From Chiloscyllium plagiosum (Eukaryota): a stretch of DNA of 64,000 nucleotides. Of this stretch, positions 62,945 through 64,000 are shown piece after piece (position 1 is the stretch's first letter; every line of letters begins with the position of its first letter). Location of the stretch: NCBI RefSeq assembly GCF_004010195.1, contig NC_057750.1, positions 1,922,929 through 1,986,928 of the forward strand. The letters are read 5' to 3'. The notes beneath the pieces are model-generated. The model saw only the letters and a list, made by a program, of their open reading frames with translations. It was not told the DNA's origin and ran no database searches. The position numbers were made by a program, and so were the translations under genes.

Positions 62945-63910
62945 TATGCGTGTCACTGAACAACATAGCATTTATCACCCATCCCTAGTTACCGTTGAGA
63001 TGGTGAGCTGCCTTCTTGAACTGTTACGGTCCATGTGCTGTAGCTAGACCACATCCTCCAGTCAGTCAGCTCCAACTCATCCGAAGAAGGGCTTATGCCC
63101 GAAACGTCGATTCTCCTGTTCCCTGGATGCTGCCTGACCTGCTGCGCTTTTCCAGCAACACATTTCCAGCTCTGATCTCCAGCATCTGCAGACCTCACTT
63201 TCTCCTCCAACTCATCAATGTTGACCTGCTGTGGTTCACCACCTGCTTGATTGGGTATTCTAGGATTCTTATTCAACAACACTGAAGGAACAGCAATTTA
63301 TTTCCAATTCAGGGTGGTGAGTGGCTTGGAAGGTAACTTGCATGTGGTGTTCTGCTGCCCTTGTCCTTCTACAGAGAAATGTTTGTTGGTTTAAAAGGTG
63401 GCAAAGGAGTCTTGGTAATTTTTTGGTGTTCTAGATGGTACACATTGTTGCTGCTGCTGAGTATCAGTGGAAAAGGGAATGGATGTTTGTGGATGTGATG
63501 GCATACAAGGGGGCTGCTTTATCCGATGGTGTTGCTGGAACATCATTCTTCCAGGCAAATGGTAAGTTTTCATCGCACTCCCAACTTGTGCATTGTACAG
63601 GAAGGAGAGGTTTTGGTGAGTCAGGAGATGAGTTACTCACTGCACAATTCCAAGCCTCTGATCTGCTTTTGTAACCACAGTATTTACATAGTTAGTCCAG
63701 TTCAGTTTCTGGTAACCATCAGGATGTTGATAATGGGGGATTGTGTGATGGTGCTGCCACTGAATTTCAAAGGTCAATGGTTATATACTCTTTTCTTGGA
63801 GATGGTCATTATCTGGCATATGTGGAGCAAATGTTACTTGGCATTTTTCACATCAAACCTGGACATTGTCCAAGTCTTTCTGCATTTGGACCATGGACTG
63901 TTCAGTACAA
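62945..63910 (-). mobile_element. L2/CR1-group LINE 3' fragment containing a nested Penelope mini-element
   Basis: Reverse-complement similarity to 24750-25425 (gagatggtgagctgccttcttgaactg; ctgctgagtatcagtgg). Confidence 0.7.
63082..63204 (+). mobile_element. Penelope-derived single-arm mini-element (family 1) with 12-bp TSD
   Basis: TSD CTCCAACTCATC at 63070-63081 and 63205-63216; begins CGAAGAAGGGCTTATGCCCGAAACGTCGA. Confidence 0.9.
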
Positions 63911-64000
63911 CCTGTTTTGCTCTAAAGCAGTAGTTGCATTCTCGTGTGACCTCATGTTATAGAAAATTGTGCAACAGTAATAACAGGGGCTATGGGAAAA

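Overview
Vertebrate genomic DNA, most likely an elasmobranch/shark (inferred from HE1-type V-SINEs, Deu-type SINEs and abundant CR1, L2 and Penelope repeats). Two spliced genes face each other tail-to-tail. On + are coding exons 2-4 of an ERH (enhancer of rudimentary homolog) gene (2432-6892), encoding residues 2-104 of a 104-aa protein with three substitutions relative to the human sequence as I recall it. On - is a complete 16-coding-exon ZNF541 ortholog (ATG 49756 to stop 11598, about 1431 aa, C2H2 fingers + ELM2 + SANT), which I assembled by hand with every intron phase consistent. The rest is intron or intergenic sequence filled with decayed CR1, L2, RTE, Tx1/L1 and Penelope-like retroelements, SINEs and Tigger-like MITEs, plus one 803-N assembly gap. 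Two leads stand out. (1) This ERH may be a second, whole-genome-duplication-derived paralog linked to ZNF541 rather than the canonical SLC39A9-linked copy. (2) A family of 120-240 bp non-coding Penelope-derived mini-insertions carries minimal hammerhead-ribozyme motifs; five copies have 12-18 bp target-site duplications, and their truncation or inversion points cluster at the ribozyme core. Repeat boundaries are approximate and were judged by eye.
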